Assembly: GCF_006345805.1 (NCBI RefSeq)
Contig: NC_042999.1
Coordinates: 131,068,001-131,132,000 of the forward strand
DNA from: Octopus sinensis
Lineage: Eukaryota
Length of the DNA stretch: 64,000 bases
Reading direction: 5' to 3'
Every line of letters starts with the position of its first letter. Positions within the stretch are counted from its first letter, which is position 1. Made by a program: the position numbers and the translations under genes. Of the stretch, positions 63,201 through 64,000 are shown one piece after another. Below the pieces are notes generated by a model, which saw only the letters and a program-made list of their open reading frames with translations, was not told the origin of the DNA and did no database searches.

Positions 63201-64000
63201 TGTTTCTTGATTAATCACTCCTTTCTTAAACAATAAAGCAAAGATATGTTTAAAACTATTATAGATAAGCCAAGTTATATATCTTAAAATTCAGATGTTT
63301 CATGCTAACTGTTCACATGCACCAGTTTCATATCAAATTAATTTCTTACTAAATTATAGAAAAATTAAGGGAATATGTCAAAAGAAAGGATGAACTACTT
63401 GTTTATGTCAAAAGAGATTTTATCTTTTTGATGTTAAATTTTAAATATTTTTACTATGTTTCACTGGGTTTTATTGCTATGAATTGAAAACAAATTTGAA
63501 TTTTAGGTTACAGCATATTGGTTAATATGTACTTCAAAACTTAGTGAACTTAGTGAACTTCTACAAAATTTGTGATCAACATATGTAAACTGATCAAATC
63601 AGAATCTTGATTCTGTAAAGATTGTGAAAATGAAAAATAAAAATAGGTTTAAGTGACCATCATAACCATCATTATTTCACATCTGTTTTCCATGCTGATA
63701 TGAGTTGAAGGGGGTCATCACAATCAAAGTCAATTCCCATTTGAAGTTATTGTCCTCTTATTGGTGAGGAATCCTACATCACTCATACATATCATTTTTT
63801 GCATGGTTTCTGTGGCTGAATACTCTTTTTAACATCAACTACATGGCACCATCATGAATGAGGTTGCCTGGTCCCTGCCTAGACTAAAGATTCCTTTCTA
63901 TCATACGTTGTCTCTTCTCATTCAAGGATACATGACTTAGTGAATAGAAAAGCAGTGAAAAAGAGATCCAAGATGAGACGATGGTAATATAAGAGGATAT

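Overview
AT-rich, microsatellite-dense eukaryotic genomic DNA. The SINE, RTE and MITE repertoire and the (TA)n/(CA)n/(CAT)n load look like an octopus-type cephalopod genome (inference). The only clear host protein-coding gene is an intronless casein kinase 1 alpha ORF (19712-20683, minus strand), set in a CpG-retaining, repeat-free block with a YY1/NRF1/ETS-type promoter. A near-identical 23-nt NRF1+ETS motif heads a second CpG-rich unique block at about 49.3-53 kb that has no recognisable ORF. The rest is decayed mobile DNA: RTE and CR1-type LINEs, three tRNA-derived SINE families, Penelope-like (GIY-YIG) remnants, hAT, Tc1/mariner, piggyBac-type MITEs, Helitron-like and Gypsy fragments. The most interesting signal is a set of non-coding fold-back or short elements, several inserted in (TA)n tracts. 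They carry minimal type-I hammerhead-ribozyme motifs with palindromic helix III and show three different compensatory versions of the core 3:8 base pair (C:G, U:A, G:C). All calls were made by eye, and repeat boundaries are approximate.
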